The position numbers and the translations under genes were made by a program. From positions 1-64,000 of IMG/VR virus record IMGVR_UViG_3300036820_000011: a stretch of 64,000 nt of DNA. One strand, given 5' to 3'. How positions within the stretch are numbered: the first letter of the stretch is position 1; every line of letters begins with the position of its first letter. The notes below the pieces were generated by a model. It saw only the letters and a program-made list of their open reading frames with translations. It searched no databases and had not been told where the DNA came from. Shown here in pieces: positions 54,863 through 63,995 of this stretch. The stretch comes from a virus.

Positions 54863-55129
54863 TCAGGTATGCATCGTGATCGTGGTCTTACCGATGTTCC
54901 GGTGCTTCAGTGCCTTGGTCTTGTGCGGCCGGTGGCGACCGGCAGCGGCACGGGCATCCATCGCCTTGATCTCGGCCCGCCTCGCCAGGACGGCCTTGCT
55001 CGGCGGCTTCCGCTTACGCGGCTTCTCGTGCCTCTTGACCTTGTGCGTGGCCTTGGGCTTGGCCGTGATCTTTTTGACCTTGTGGTGCTTGACGGCCTTC
55101 CGTTTCTTGGCAGGCTTCCGAACGGTCAC
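54863..55129 (-). CDS. Very basic Lys/His-rich protein
   Basis: KPAKKRKAVKHHKVKK...; GTGA overlap. Confidence 0.6.
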   Translation of the reverse strand: MTVRKPAKKRKAVKHHKVKKITAKPKATHKVKRHEKPRKRKPPSKAVLARRAEIKAMDARAAAGRHRPHKTKALKHRNIGKTTITMHT

Positions 55130-55734
55130 GCCGGACCCTCCTCGATCTCGCCGACCACTTCGCCGTCCACCACGCCCGACAGCTTGACCTGCGCCGCCTC
55201 CAGCGCCTTCATCCGCAGCGCAGGCGACAGTCCGGCGGCATCGAACCCGGCCAGGATCGCCTCGACCACGATGGTCGACTCCAGGTCGGTCCGCTGCGCG
55301 AAGGCGATCTCCAGCTTCTCGTTGGCGTCCAGGCCGTGCAGCCGGGCGTACTGCCGGGAGATCGTCAGCAGCCGGTCCATGGCCTTGAGCGCGGGTTCGT
55401 CGTCCACCAGCGGATTGCCGTCCAGGCCGGTGACGACCTTGCCGCCCTGGACCACGTAGTGCGGCCTGGTCATGATCGCATAGGCCCGCCGCCGGTAGCT
55501 GTCGTACCGCTCGTCCTCCATCTGGATCAGGTCTTCGAGACTGGCGTCGATCTCCCGCCGGGACTGCTTGAGTGCGGCCTGCACGTCCTTCCAGACGGCC
55601 GACTTGGCACCGTGGTAGTCGTCGTACATCTGATCGGCGATCTGCTGCCAGGTCATGCCGGTGTTCTTGAGCTGGATCGCCTTGGACCGGCGCGCGGCGT
55701 CCTCGGCCGCGTCGCCCATCGGTACACGCCCCAC
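55126..55734 (-). CDS. Putative terminase small subunit (HTH)
   Basis: R..A..L...G.TW..IA...; A.DR.L.I....A.L.GLD; upstream of terL. Confidence 0.7.
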   Translation of the reverse strand: MGRVPMGDAAEDAARRSKAIQLKNTGMTWQQIADQMYDDYHGAKSAVWKDVQAALKQSRREIDASLEDLIQMEDERYDSYRRRAYAIMTRPHYVVQGGKVVTGLDGNPLVDDEPALKAMDRLLTISRQYARLHGLDANEKLEIAFAQRTDLESTIVVEAILAGFDAAGLSPALRMKALEAAQVKLSGVVDGEVVGEIEEGPA

Positions 55735-55808
55735 GGCAACCACCTCCAGGTCAGGACTGTCCCTAGACTAAGGGACGGGAACCACCGCACCAGCCCGAGG
55801 GGGCGTAC

Positions 55809-56762
55809 GTGACAGGAATCTACGGTCAGGACTGGTCAGCCTACTCACCCGGTCAGCCGGGCACGGCCGGTCTGGCGTTCGCGTTCGTCAAGGCCACTGA
55901 GGGTGTCGGCTGGATCAACCCGCTCTACACCGAGCAGAAGGCGCACGCCGAAGCCGCCGGGCTGATCACCGGGTCCTACCACTACCCGCACATGGCGAAC
56001 AGCGCCGTGGCAGAGGCCGAGTACTTCCTGGCGCACGCCGACACCTCGCCCGGGCAGTTCCTCTGGCTGGACTGGGAGGGCAACGGTCAGGGCGAGGCCA
56101 GCTACGGGCTTTCGAACGCCGAACTGGAGTCGTTCAAGAACAACTTCCTGGCCTACGTCAAGGCCCGGTTCCCGCTCACCGTGGTCGGGGTCTACTGCGA
56201 CAAGGACTTCTGGCTCAACATCGACACCACGTCCTACTGCCAGGACGCGCTGTGGATCGCCACCGCCGGACTGCCCGCAGGCGAGCCCGGGATCTCCTAC
56301 CCGTACCTGATCCACCAGTACGGCACCGGAAGTGGTGTCGATCTGGACTTCTGTCCGCTGCCCGACAAGGCGACCCTCGCCCAGTGGGTCGTCAACACCA
56401 TCGGAGGAACCGTGTCCACTCCCGCAGAGATCGCCACTGCCACCGTCAACCTGATGAACACCGACCGGGACACGCTGGCGTTCGCCGGGCTGTACTGGCT
56501 CCGGCTCGGTCTCGACCCGGCCACCGTGTTCACCCCGAGCCAGCTGGCGCTGCCCGTCGGTCAGCAGGCGTCCCTGCTCCAGGTCCTGGTGCTCGACCAG
56601 ATCGATACCATCTCCGCGCTGACCGACAAGGTCGACGCACTGGCTGCCGCCGTGGCCGCAGCGGGCACCCTGTCCGACGCCCAGGCCCAGCTCGCCGGGA
56701 CGGCGGGCGCGACCGCCGCGCTGGCGATCCTGGGCAAGGATCTCGAAGGCCCGGCCAGCTGA
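55809..56762 (+). CDS. GH25 lysozyme (endolysin)
   Basis: G.DWS.Y, FAFVKATEG, G.YHY, LDWE, LWIA, HQY, D.D. Confidence 0.9.
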   Translation: MTGIYGQDWSAYSPGQPGTAGLAFAFVKATEGVGWINPLYTEQKAHAEAAGLITGSYHYPHMANSAVAEAEYFLAHADTSPGQFLWLDWEGNGQGEASYGLSNAELESFKNNFLAYVKARFPLTVVGVYCDKDFWLNIDTTSYCQDALWIATAGLPAGEPGISYPYLIHQYGTGSGVDLDFCPLPDKATLAQWVVNTIGGTVSTPAEIATATVNLMNTDRDTLAFAGLYWLRLGLDPATVFTPSQLALPVGQQASLLQVLVLDQIDTISALTDKVDALAAAVAAAGTLSDAQAQLAGTAGATAALAILGKDLEGPAS

Positions 56763-56773
56763 TCCCGAACGCA

Positions 56774-56873
56774 CGAGGACCCCGCCGTGAGCGCCATTCT
56801 CCGGCGGGGTCCTCGCGTTGCAGCGTACATGCAGAAGCCCCTGCGCCGGTCGCCGCACAGGCGCAGGGGCTTC
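56774..56873. terminator. Two tandem hairpins between convergent genes
   Basis: CGAGGACCCCGCCG/CGGCGGGGTCCTCG and GAAGCCCCTGCGCC/GGCGCAGGGGCTTC. Confidence 0.75.
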
Positions 56874-56907
56874 ACCGTGCTCCGAGGAGCGGGAACGGAC
56901 CACGGGT

Positions 56908-57405
56908 CTAGGGGGAGGCCAGCGCACCGATCTGGGTGGACGCCGACTCCAGTGCAAGGGTTCCGCTGTCCAGCTCGGCGACGGCCTTCGCCAGGTCGGC
57001 GGTGTTCTGCCCCGTGCTGCCCGCTGTGCAGTCCGACGCGGCACTGCCGTAGTCGGACATCGCCGCCGACCAGCTGGCCTGAACAGCGGCATCGGGGACC
57101 GGGCCGTAGGCGACCATACCGGACACGTCGGTGCCGAGCTTCGCGCAGTCGGTGCCCAGCTTGGCGTAGTCCAGGCTGCTCGCATCGTTGCCTGCGGCCG
57201 TCAGGTCGGTCTCCAGCACGCCGACCTGTGCGGACATGCCGCCGGTCCACCAGGCGGCCACCTGCTGCGCGGTGGTCTGGCTGCTGGTCGTCGTGGCCGC
57301 GACCGGACTGGGCACCGGCGCTGGCGCGGACGGCGAGGACGAGCACGCGGCCACGGAGAGCAGACCTGCCGCCAGAGCCAGGGCTGCCTCTACAGCGCGC
57401 CTCAT
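56908..57405 (-). CDS. Lipoprotein
   Basis: Signal peptide with lipobox VAAC; helical bundle with a Cys pair. Confidence 0.75.
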   Translation of the reverse strand: MRRAVEAALALAAGLLSVAACSSSPSAPAPVPSPVAATTTSSQTTAQQVAAWWTGGMSAQVGVLETDLTAAGNDASSLDYAKLGTDCAKLGTDVSGMVAYGPVPDAAVQASWSAAMSDYGSAASDCTAGSTGQNTADLAKAVAELDSGTLALESASTQIGALASP

Positions 57406-57635
57406 CCGAGTCCGTCCTGGCAGAACCCGGCGTGCACCACGAACGAGTTCTTGGCCTCCCACAACCTGCGGAGTCCTGCGGTCAGCTCCGGGCCGTCCGG
57501 CGTGTGGTCGATCACGTGCTGCGCCAGATCGCTGCACGGCTTGCTGACCAGTTGCAGGTGCTCCGGCAGGTGCTCATAGGCGAACAGCGGTGCGAAGTGC
57601 ACGGTGGCCGGGTGGCGGCCCTCGACGTCGAGCAC
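57402..57635 (-). CDS. Conserved small phage protein (DUF7681/Acb2-like signature)
   Basis: F.Y.HLP.HLQ.VS.P...LA.......GPE.TAGLR.L.EAK...V. Confidence 0.7.
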   Translation of the reverse strand: MLDVEGRHPATVHFAPLFAYEHLPEHLQLVSKPCSDLAQHVIDHTPDGPELTAGLRRLWEAKNSFVVHAGFCQDGLG

Positions 57636-58576
57636 TACAGCCCCTGGGAGGTCAGGTAGGCACGGACACCGGTGGCCACCTGCTCAGCCGTGACGGTACC
57701 CGGCACCGGCGGCACGGGGACAGGCGGAGGCGTCGGCGCGGGCGGGGTGACCGCCGGGAACGGGTCCCCGGTGATGTCCGTCCAGTCGGCCTCGAAGGTG
57801 GTCAGGTTGACCCCCGCCAGGAACGCGGGATCAGTCAGCATCTCGGGCCACAGGACGACCCACGCCTCCTCGATCTCGTGCTTCCAGAAGGTGTCGGTGA
57901 AGCTCGTCTCCTCGGCCCAGGTGATGAACCGCTCGTCACCGCCCAGCTGTCCGGCACCGGCCGGACCGTAGCCGCCGACCACGACCGAGTGGCCGCCGTC
58001 GACCGGGCTGCCCTTGACGTAGTTCCACGGCTGGCCCTCATCGAACTCGGTCATGTTCGCGTCCAGGACGTTGAGCCCGACCCAGATGCTGCCGAAGATC
58101 GCGATGGCAGCCTGGACCTCGGCCGCGTTGGTGTAGTCAAGACTGGCGTAGCCGAGCGACTTGACACCGTCCGGGCCACCGGTTTTGACCAGGTAGTCGA
58201 GCAGGGTCTGGATGTCCATGCCGTTGTCGTACGAGGACCCGGGGCCGTTGGTGTCGGCGGAGCCGTTCGGGTCGAAGCCGGGGTTCTGGGTCTCGTAGAC
58301 CGCCCAGACCTGGCTGATCGGCGGGTAGTTCTCGACAGCGAGAACGGCGGTGACCAGGCGGCGGACGTTGGCCCAGGTGACTGCCACACAGTCACCGGCG
58401 GTGTCATTGCCCAACATTTGCCACTCTGACAACCTGGAGAGGTAGTCGGCGGCAGCAGGGTGGATGGGCACGACACCTGTGAGGTGCCGACCGAGCTGGA
58501 CGGCGGGCTTGCGCGTCGGAGGCTTGCGACCGTAGCGGCGATCCGGGTGGTCCCGGTGGTGGCGGTTGAGGCTCAT
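57635..58576 (-). CDS. Papain-like (C1-type) cysteine peptidase
   Basis: MLGND..GDCV.., GGH.VV..GY, FITW. Confidence 0.75.
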   Translation of the reverse strand: MSLNRHHRDHPDRRYGRKPPTRKPAVQLGRHLTGVVPIHPAAADYLSRLSEWQMLGNDTAGDCVAVTWANVRRLVTAVLAVENYPPISQVWAVYETQNPGFDPNGSADTNGPGSSYDNGMDIQTLLDYLVKTGGPDGVKSLGYASLDYTNAAEVQAAIAIFGSIWVGLNVLDANMTEFDEGQPWNYVKGSPVDGGHSVVVGGYGPAGAGQLGGDERFITWAEETSFTDTFWKHEIEEAWVVLWPEMLTDPAFLAGVNLTTFEADWTDITGDPFPAVTPPAPTPPPVPVPPVPGTVTAEQVATGVRAYLTSQGL

Positions 58577-58739
58577 GCGCGCACTCTACCCGAGCGGCCC
58601 GGACAGACCGCTCCTGGCGTGGACGACCGTGCATCTGCACGTGCAACAACTGGGATATGGGGCCCGGGAATGATCCCTGACAGCCCGGACATCGGGCATC
58701 ATGTGCGCAGTGAACGTACGTACGGGGACGGAGGACGGC

Positions 58740-59063
58740 ATGGGCACCGCAACCGGAGTCCTCCTGCAGTACGGGGCCGTCGGTCTGATCGCCATTCTGG
58801 CGCTGATCGTCGCCAAGATGATGTACGACCGCTGGTGCGACGACAGGGACCAGGAGGTGCAGCGGCTGACCACGACGATCGAGCGCGAGCAGCAGCGGGC
58901 CGACCGGGCTGAGGAACGGGCTGACCGCATTCAGGCAGAACTGGGTAGGCTCAACGAAACGGTACGCAATGACTACGTACACACGCTCAGTGCCGCCAAC
59001 CTGGCCATGGCCGAGTCCAGCCGGGCCGTTGCAGATGCCCTCGCCGCCGTGCGCAGGAGATGA
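58740..59063 (+). CDS. Membrane/coiled-coil lysis-associated protein
   Basis: LQYG..G TM followed by coiled coil. Confidence 0.6.
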   Translation: MGTATGVLLQYGAVGLIAILALIVAKMMYDRWCDDRDQEVQRLTTTIEREQQRADRAEERADRIQAELGRLNETVRNDYVHTLSAANLAMAESSRAVADALAAVRRR

Positions 59064-59067
59064 CCCC

Positions 59068-59262
59068 ATGGCCAAGCCCAGCCCGGTGGACAGGCTGCTG
59101 GCGGAATCCGAGCGGCTCCGTGAGGAGCTGCGCCGGACCATCGACGGCCTCCGGGAGTTCTCCACCGAGCTGCTGGCCGAGTCCCGGCTGCTGCGGCACG
59201 AGGCGGCACCGCCGAACGTGAGCCTGGTCAAGGACGACGACAAGGGAAGTGATCAGCCGTGA
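59068..59262 (+). CDS. Hypothetical protein
   Basis: RBS AGGAG. Confidence 0.5.
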   Translation: MAKPSPVDRLLAESERLREELRRTIDGLREFSTELLAESRLLRHEAAPPNVSLVKDDDKGSDQP

Positions 59263-59732
59263 GCGACGACCCTCCGGCTTCCGCACCCGACCGGCTGGCT
59301 CAGCTGGCCGAACTGGCGTCCGGCCTGATGGGCGAGGTCGAGGAGCTGACCGAGGCCAGCGGCAACCAGTTCGTCTCCCTGGCCGAGCGCTCCGCCGCCA
59401 ACCTGCGGCTGACCCAGCGGGTACGCAGGTTCGCCCGGTGGCTGGCCGTGAGCGTCGCCGTGGACATCGCCCTGTCCGGTGCGCTGGCGTACAGCCTCGC
59501 CCAGGTCAGCGACAACACCCACAAGGTCAACGAGCTGACCCAGCGGCTCAACATCTCCCAGACGGTCACCCGGCAGGACACGCTCTGTCCGCTCTACACC
59601 CTCTTGCTGGCCGGAGACACGGCCGCCAACCGGGCGAAGGCCCCCGACAAGGCTGCGTTCGACCACTCCTACACGGTGATCACTGCTGGGTACAAGGCAC
59701 TCGACTGCACAGCGGTGACCGCCAAGAACTGA
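59259..59732 (+). CDS. Membrane protein with coiled coil and Cys pair (spanin-like/lysis accessory?)
   Basis: One TM; LCP...LDC. Confidence 0.6.
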   Translation: MSDDPPASAPDRLAQLAELASGLMGEVEELTEASGNQFVSLAERSAANLRLTQRVRRFARWLAVSVAVDIALSGALAYSLAQVSDNTHKVNELTQRLNISQTVTRQDTLCPLYTLLLAGDTAANRAKAPDKAAFDHSYTVITAGYKALDCTAVTAKN

Positions 59733-59890
59733 TCAGCCGGACGCCTCGTCCTGGGCCCGGTGCCAGTCGATATGCACCGGGGCCGTGGTGTCCAGGGTCA
59801 GGCAGCCGCAGTCCCGGCAGACCAGGACCGTGGCCCGGTTGTCGGCGGGGCCGATGTCCACGACCGGGTCGAACCTCGGGATACCGGCCA

Positions 59891-60451
59891 TCAGGAGCGG
59901 GGCACCCGGGTGGCGCTGACCGTCTGGTAGTGGGCCACGACCCAGGCGTGGATGGCGTCGATCCGGGCGGTCGCCTCGGCGGCGACGCCTGCGTCCATGA
60001 TCACAGTCAGCTCGTTGTCCTGCTTGGCCTCGCCGCCCGCCGACCAGTTGGTCGAGCCGCTGACGCGGATCGCCCCGTCGATCACGAACTCCTTGAGATG
60101 GATGATCGCTCCCTTCTCGGACCGGCCGATGGCGATGTCCGAGTTCGGGTACTCTTCGTGCTCCAGGATGCGGCGCTCGGTCGCGCCGCCCGCCTGGCTG
60201 GAGTCCAGTGTCAGGCTCACGGCGATGGCCGGGTTCTGGAGCGCCGCTTCGATCGCGTTCGCCAGTTCGAGGTCATCGAATCCGTACATCGCGATGTCCA
60301 GGCTCACCGTGGCGGAGGAGACCAGCGCCACCAGGGCGGCGTGCACCTGGTCCACCGGGCTGTAGAGCGTGCGCACACCCGGCAGGTCCCAGGTGGCGGG
60401 CAGCGGGACGGCGCGGTACTGGTCGAGCACGGTCAGATCGGTGAAAGTCAC
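59891..60451 (-). CDS. Phospholipase D-like (HKD) protein
   Basis: IAMYGF, HLKEFVIDG....SGSTNWS..G...QDNE. Confidence 0.85.
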   Translation of the reverse strand: MTFTDLTVLDQYRAVPLPATWDLPGVRTLYSPVDQVHAALVALVSSATVSLDIAMYGFDDLELANAIEAALQNPAIAVSLTLDSSQAGGATERRILEHEEYPNSDIAIGRSEKGAIIHLKEFVIDGAIRVSGSTNWSAGGEAKQDNELTVIMDAGVAAEATARIDAIHAWVVAHYQTVSATRVPRS

Positions 60452-60506
60452 GCTTGCCTCCTGGGCCGGATCGGCAGCAGCCGCCGCCGTGAGGGATGCT
60501 ACCCGC

Positions 60507-61277
60507 ATGACACAATTCGCCGTCCAGCTCCGCAAAGCGCCCCGGTGGCAACGGGCCACCGTGTACGGCCTGGGCAGTCTCGCCCTGGCACCGGTCGTGT
60601 TCATGAGCCGCGTGATCGTCACTGGCAACTTCGCCGGGATGGCCGACGTGGTCGCCGACGTCCTCGGCAGCGGGGCACTGATCGTGTTTCTGGCGATGCT
60701 GACCGTCACCCCGGCCATGACCGTCACCGGGCAGCGCTGGTTCGTCCCGCTCCGCTGGTGGTTCGGGATCATGTTCTTCGCCATCGCGCTGACCGACCTG
60801 GTGATCGCCTCCATCACCACCGGCGGCGACTTCAAGGGCGGCTTCGTCTCCCGGCTCGCCGGGCACACCTTCCTGCTGGTCGGCACCGCGATGGTGCTGC
60901 TCTCCGCCGTGCTCGCCGCCACCGCCTCGCACCGGGCCCAGCGCTGGCTGGGCCGGTACTGGAAGCCGCTGCAGCGGACCACCTACGCGGTCTGGGCCCT
61001 GGTCCTGCTGCACCTGGCCCTGCTGTTCGGTGTCGGACCGGCGAGCAGGTTCACCGAGGCCCTGGCCGCGTCGGTGCCCCTCGCCGTGCTGCGGGTCCCG
61101 GTCGTACGCCGGTGGTGGGAGCACGAGCGCCGCAGAGCGGGCTGGCGCAGCCCGTGGCTGTGGACCGCCGGACTGGTACTGGCGGCCCTGTTCGTCTTCG
61201 GCATGGCGCACCTGGTCGGCGAAGAGGTCAACCGGGGCGTGGACGCCCTGTCGAACACTCCGGACAACCCCGCGTGA
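60507..61277 (+). CDS. Ferric-reductase-like (MsrQ-like) membrane protein
   Basis: L.VTP......LR.W.G...F, LA.T.....R.LG..WK.LQR..Y....L.LLH. Confidence 0.75.
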   Translation: MTQFAVQLRKAPRWQRATVYGLGSLALAPVVFMSRVIVTGNFAGMADVVADVLGSGALIVFLAMLTVTPAMTVTGQRWFVPLRWWFGIMFFAIALTDLVIASITTGGDFKGGFVSRLAGHTFLLVGTAMVLLSAVLAATASHRAQRWLGRYWKPLQRTTYAVWALVLLHLALLFGVGPASRFTEALAASVPLAVLRVPVVRRWWEHERRRAGWRSPWLWTAGLVLAALFVFGMAHLVGEEVNRGVDALSNTPDNPA

Positions 61278-61534
61278 CGCCCGTACACCACGCCGCGCCG
61301 CGCCGTCCGAAGCCGAGGCACGCGAAGCCGACCCGACGCCAGGTGCTGGCCCGCCGCAGGACGGCCGCAGCCGTGGCCGCAGCCGTCCTGGTCGTCCTGG
61401 GTGCGGGCACCGAGCAGCTGGCCGTCCACGGAGCCCGGTTCTTCGTCACCCGACCGCCGGGAGTGGGCAGCGAACCCGCCGCGCCTACCTCGGCAGGTGC
61501 AGGAACGCTGCGGCCACCGGCCAGTAGTGGCTGA
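61274..61534 (+). CDS. Small membrane/secreted protein
   Basis: Basic N-terminus plus TM; GTGA overlap. Confidence 0.45.
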   Translation: MTPVHHAAPRRPKPRHAKPTRRQVLARRRTAAAVAAAVLVVLGAGTEQLAVHGARFFVTRPPGVGSEPAAPTSAGAGTLRPPASSG

Positions 61535-61652
61535 ACCGGTAGCCGACGGCGAAGGCGAGGACGGCGATCAGCATCCCCATCCGGTGGCCACGGTTCTCGA
61601 CCACGAGCACGACCAGGATGGCAGCGAGGATCAGCCAGATGGCGAAGGTCAT
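61485..61652 (-). CDS. Small membrane protein
   Basis: 55 aa, 2 TMs; ATGA overlap. Confidence 0.45.
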   Translation of the reverse strand: MTFAIWLILAAILVVLVVENRGHRMGMLIAVLAFAVGYRFSHYWPVAAAFLHLPR

Positions 61653-62347
61653 AGCGGAAGGCAGATCCCTAGAATGCAGACCGGCTTGTGTGTCGGCCGC
61701 TGGGTGGGAGTGCTGGACGGTGCCGACGATACCGGAGCAGCACTGGACGAGGACGGCGCGGGCGGCTCGAACGGTGCCGCACTGGTACTGGTCGGCTCCG
61801 TGGTCGTCGGTGCCACAGTCACCGGAGCGGTGGTCGTCGGCTGCTGGGTCGGCTGCTCTGTGGGCGTAGTGGTCGGCTGCTCCGTGGGCGGCGTGTAGAC
61901 AGGCGCGGACACCGGAGTGGTCGGTACGGTGTCTGTCGGCTCAGCAGGTGTCCCCGCGACCGTGGTCGGTGCGGTCACCGGGGCACTCGTCAGCACCCCC
62001 GCAGCCGATGACTGCACCCGCACGAGCACCGGTACGGAGCTGACCGCGCGACTGGCCGAGGACGCCGACGCCAGGGCGATCGTCATCGCCTCCCCGGCCG
62101 TGAACGGGATCGTGACCGGCTCGGCCGGGACCGTGGCGAACGGCAGGGTGGACGCGGCCGTGGTCGACAGCGGTGCACCGCGCGACTGCAGCGGGGACGG
62201 CTGACCGGCCGCAGCCGGGGGAGGCGTGCTGGACCCCGTGTCCAGCTGGGCGAGGGCGACGCCTCCCCCAGCTGCGGAGAACAGGACGACCAGAGCGAGG
62301 CGGGCACGCCACGGCTCGGGCCGTCGGTGCTGGGCGGTGCTGCGCAT
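61649..62347 (-). CDS. Secreted Thr/Pro/Ser-rich protein
   Basis: Signal-like N-terminus, mucin-like PT repeats, C-terminal CILGICL. Confidence 0.65.
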   Translation of the reverse strand: MRSTAQHRRPEPWRARLALVVLFSAAGGGVALAQLDTGSSTPPPAAAGQPSPLQSRGAPLSTTAASTLPFATVPAEPVTIPFTAGEAMTIALASASSASRAVSSVPVLVRVQSSAAGVLTSAPVTAPTTVAGTPAEPTDTVPTTPVSAPVYTPPTEQPTTTPTEQPTQQPTTTAPVTVAPTTTEPTSTSAAPFEPPAPSSSSAAPVSSAPSSTPTQRPTHKPVCILGICLPL

Positions 62348-62365
62348 GCTGCCACCGTAGCGCCG

Positions 62366-63340
62366 CTACGCCGGGCGTACAGCGAACCAGCCCATCCCCT
62401 GGGCGTCGTAGCCGACCGTGCGCACCCGGATGCCGGTCAGCGGGTTCTCCGCCACCACCACGTCCCCGTGGCCGATGTAGAGCCCGACGTGGCTGCCGCC
62501 GTAGTAGACGATGATGTCTCCGGGCCGCACCTCGCTGTCCGGCACCCGGCGCAGCCCGGACGCCTGGGCCTCGCTGGTGCGGGGCACGCTCACCCCGGCG
62601 TGCTTCCACGCCTCCATGGTCAGTCCCGAGCAGTCGAACACGTTCGGTCCCGTACCGCCGAAGACGTACGGCTTGCCGACCTGGTCCAGCGCGAAGGCCA
62701 CGGCCCGCGACGCTGCGGATGCCGTGGCCTGGTGGACGACTGCCTTGTGCACTGCCCTGCGTACCGCTGGCCTGGTCACGGCCTTCACAGCGGGCTTCAC
62801 CGCCAGCGGCTTCTGGACCGGGTGGACGACCGCCGTCGCCACCCGCTTGACCGCCGTCCTGGCCTTCGGCTTCACCACGGCCTTCGGCTTCGGCTTCGGC
62901 TTGGCCGCAGGCTTCGGTGTGATCGCGAACTGCGGCACCGGACCGCCCTCGGTGAGCCCGGCACGCGGTCCGCAGACCGGCCACGCTCCCGGTCCCTGGG
63001 CGGCGGCACGGCCCGGCCAGCCGTTGAGCACCCGCTGCCCGATGATGATCTGATCGTCCTTCGTGGCCCGGTTCGCCGTTTCAGCGAACACCCCGCCGCC
63101 GTAGGCAAGCCAGGTAGACCCGCTGAACTGCAGTCCGCCGAAGAACCCGTTGCCGGTATTGATCGACCAGTTCCCGGACGACTCGCACGCCGCGACACGG
63201 TCCCAGACGGATACCGTTGCGGCCTCCGATACCGGTACACTCACCAGCGTCGATCCGGTGCCGATCACCCCGGTCATCGCCGCTGCAACCATCCCTCGAC
63301 GCAGTCGCGTCGTCTCCTTCGGCCGCCTGTGCATGCCCAT
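62366..63340 (-). CDS. rpf: Secreted Rpf (resuscitation-promoting factor) transglycosylase + NlpC/P60 endopeptidase
   Basis: WDRVA.CESSGNW.INTGNG..GGLQF...TW...QG.GAWPVC; G.PYV.G..GP..FDCSGL...PGD....HVG.Y.G. Confidence 0.92.
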   Translation of the reverse strand: MGMHRRPKETTRLRRGMVAAAMTGVIGTGSTLVSVPVSEAATVSVWDRVAACESSGNWSINTGNGFFGGLQFSGSTWLAYGGGVFAETANRATKDDQIIIGQRVLNGWPGRAAAQGPGAWPVCGPRAGLTEGGPVPQFAITPKPAAKPKPKPKAVVKPKARTAVKRVATAVVHPVQKPLAVKPAVKAVTRPAVRRAVHKAVVHQATASAASRAVAFALDQVGKPYVFGGTGPNVFDCSGLTMEAWKHAGVSVPRTSEAQASGLRRVPDSEVRPGDIIVYYGGSHVGLYIGHGDVVVAENPLTGIRVRTVGYDAQGMGWFAVRPA

Positions 63341-63467
63341 GTTGTGCCCTCTAGATTCCTGTCGCCCCACGACGGATGTCCTGACCGGGACACAATAACG
63401 GAGCACAGGCGGCTGTCCAGCAGGCCCGGCCCTGGCGAATTCAGCAACCAACGGGGATGACAGATCG

Positions 63468-63995
63468 TCAGATCTCGTACCGGCCATCCTTGTTGCGCAG
63501 GTTCGACCGACGCCAGGCGTCGTCCCGGAACGGCTCGGAGACGGTCTCACCCCGGTACTCGACCCGCACTCCCGCACCCGCCCTGCCATAGGTGCCGGGA
63601 GCGTCCCAGGGCGGTGCCACACCGTCCCGGACAGCGGGGACGACCGCCTCCCCCTCGACCAGCTTCGCCAGTGCAGCGGCCTGCCGGACGACGAAGTGGC
63701 CCGGCTCGGTCCCTGCGAGGGCCTTGAAGGCGAGCCAGAGTCTGGCGGCGGTGTCACCGATGTAGACCGGTATGTAGCCGGTATGGTCGCCCCAGGCCCG
63801 TGCCTGTGCCACAGCGTCGAACGACCGGCCGTCGAAGTCGTCCCGCAGGGACACCCAGCGGACCCCGAGCCGGACCGCCTCGGCCGCCGGGTCGACTCCC
63901 CAGGACTGCCAGGTCTGCGCCCGGATGTTGTCCACCACCACGTCGTACCGGCCCGGTTCCAGGTCTGCAACATCCCGGGCATGCCGGAAGGTCAC
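63468..63995 (-). CDS. Hypothetical protein (start may lie beyond the window)
   Basis: High-GC3 ORF at the window edge. Confidence 0.5.
   Translation of the reverse strand: MTFRHARDVADLEPGRYDVVVDNIRAQTWQSWGVDPAAEAVRLGVRWVSLRDDFDGRSFDAVAQARAWGDHTGYIPVYIGDTAARLWLAFKALAGTEPGHFVVRQAAALAKLVEGEAVVPAVRDGVAPPWDAPGTYGRAGAGVRVEYRGETVSEPFRDDAWRRSNLRNKDGRYEI

Noticed and set aside
59249-61534. 761-aa plus-strand ORF
   Set aside because: Arg/Pro/Gly-rich off-frame read across three better-supported genes; only its last 86 codons are plausible.
63341-63467. c-di-AMP (ydaO) riboswitch upstream of rpf
   Set aside because: Only a GCTGAAT-like fragment is present. The GGGGAACC and CCCGTCAGCTAAC elements are missing and the space is too short; a plain promoter fits better.
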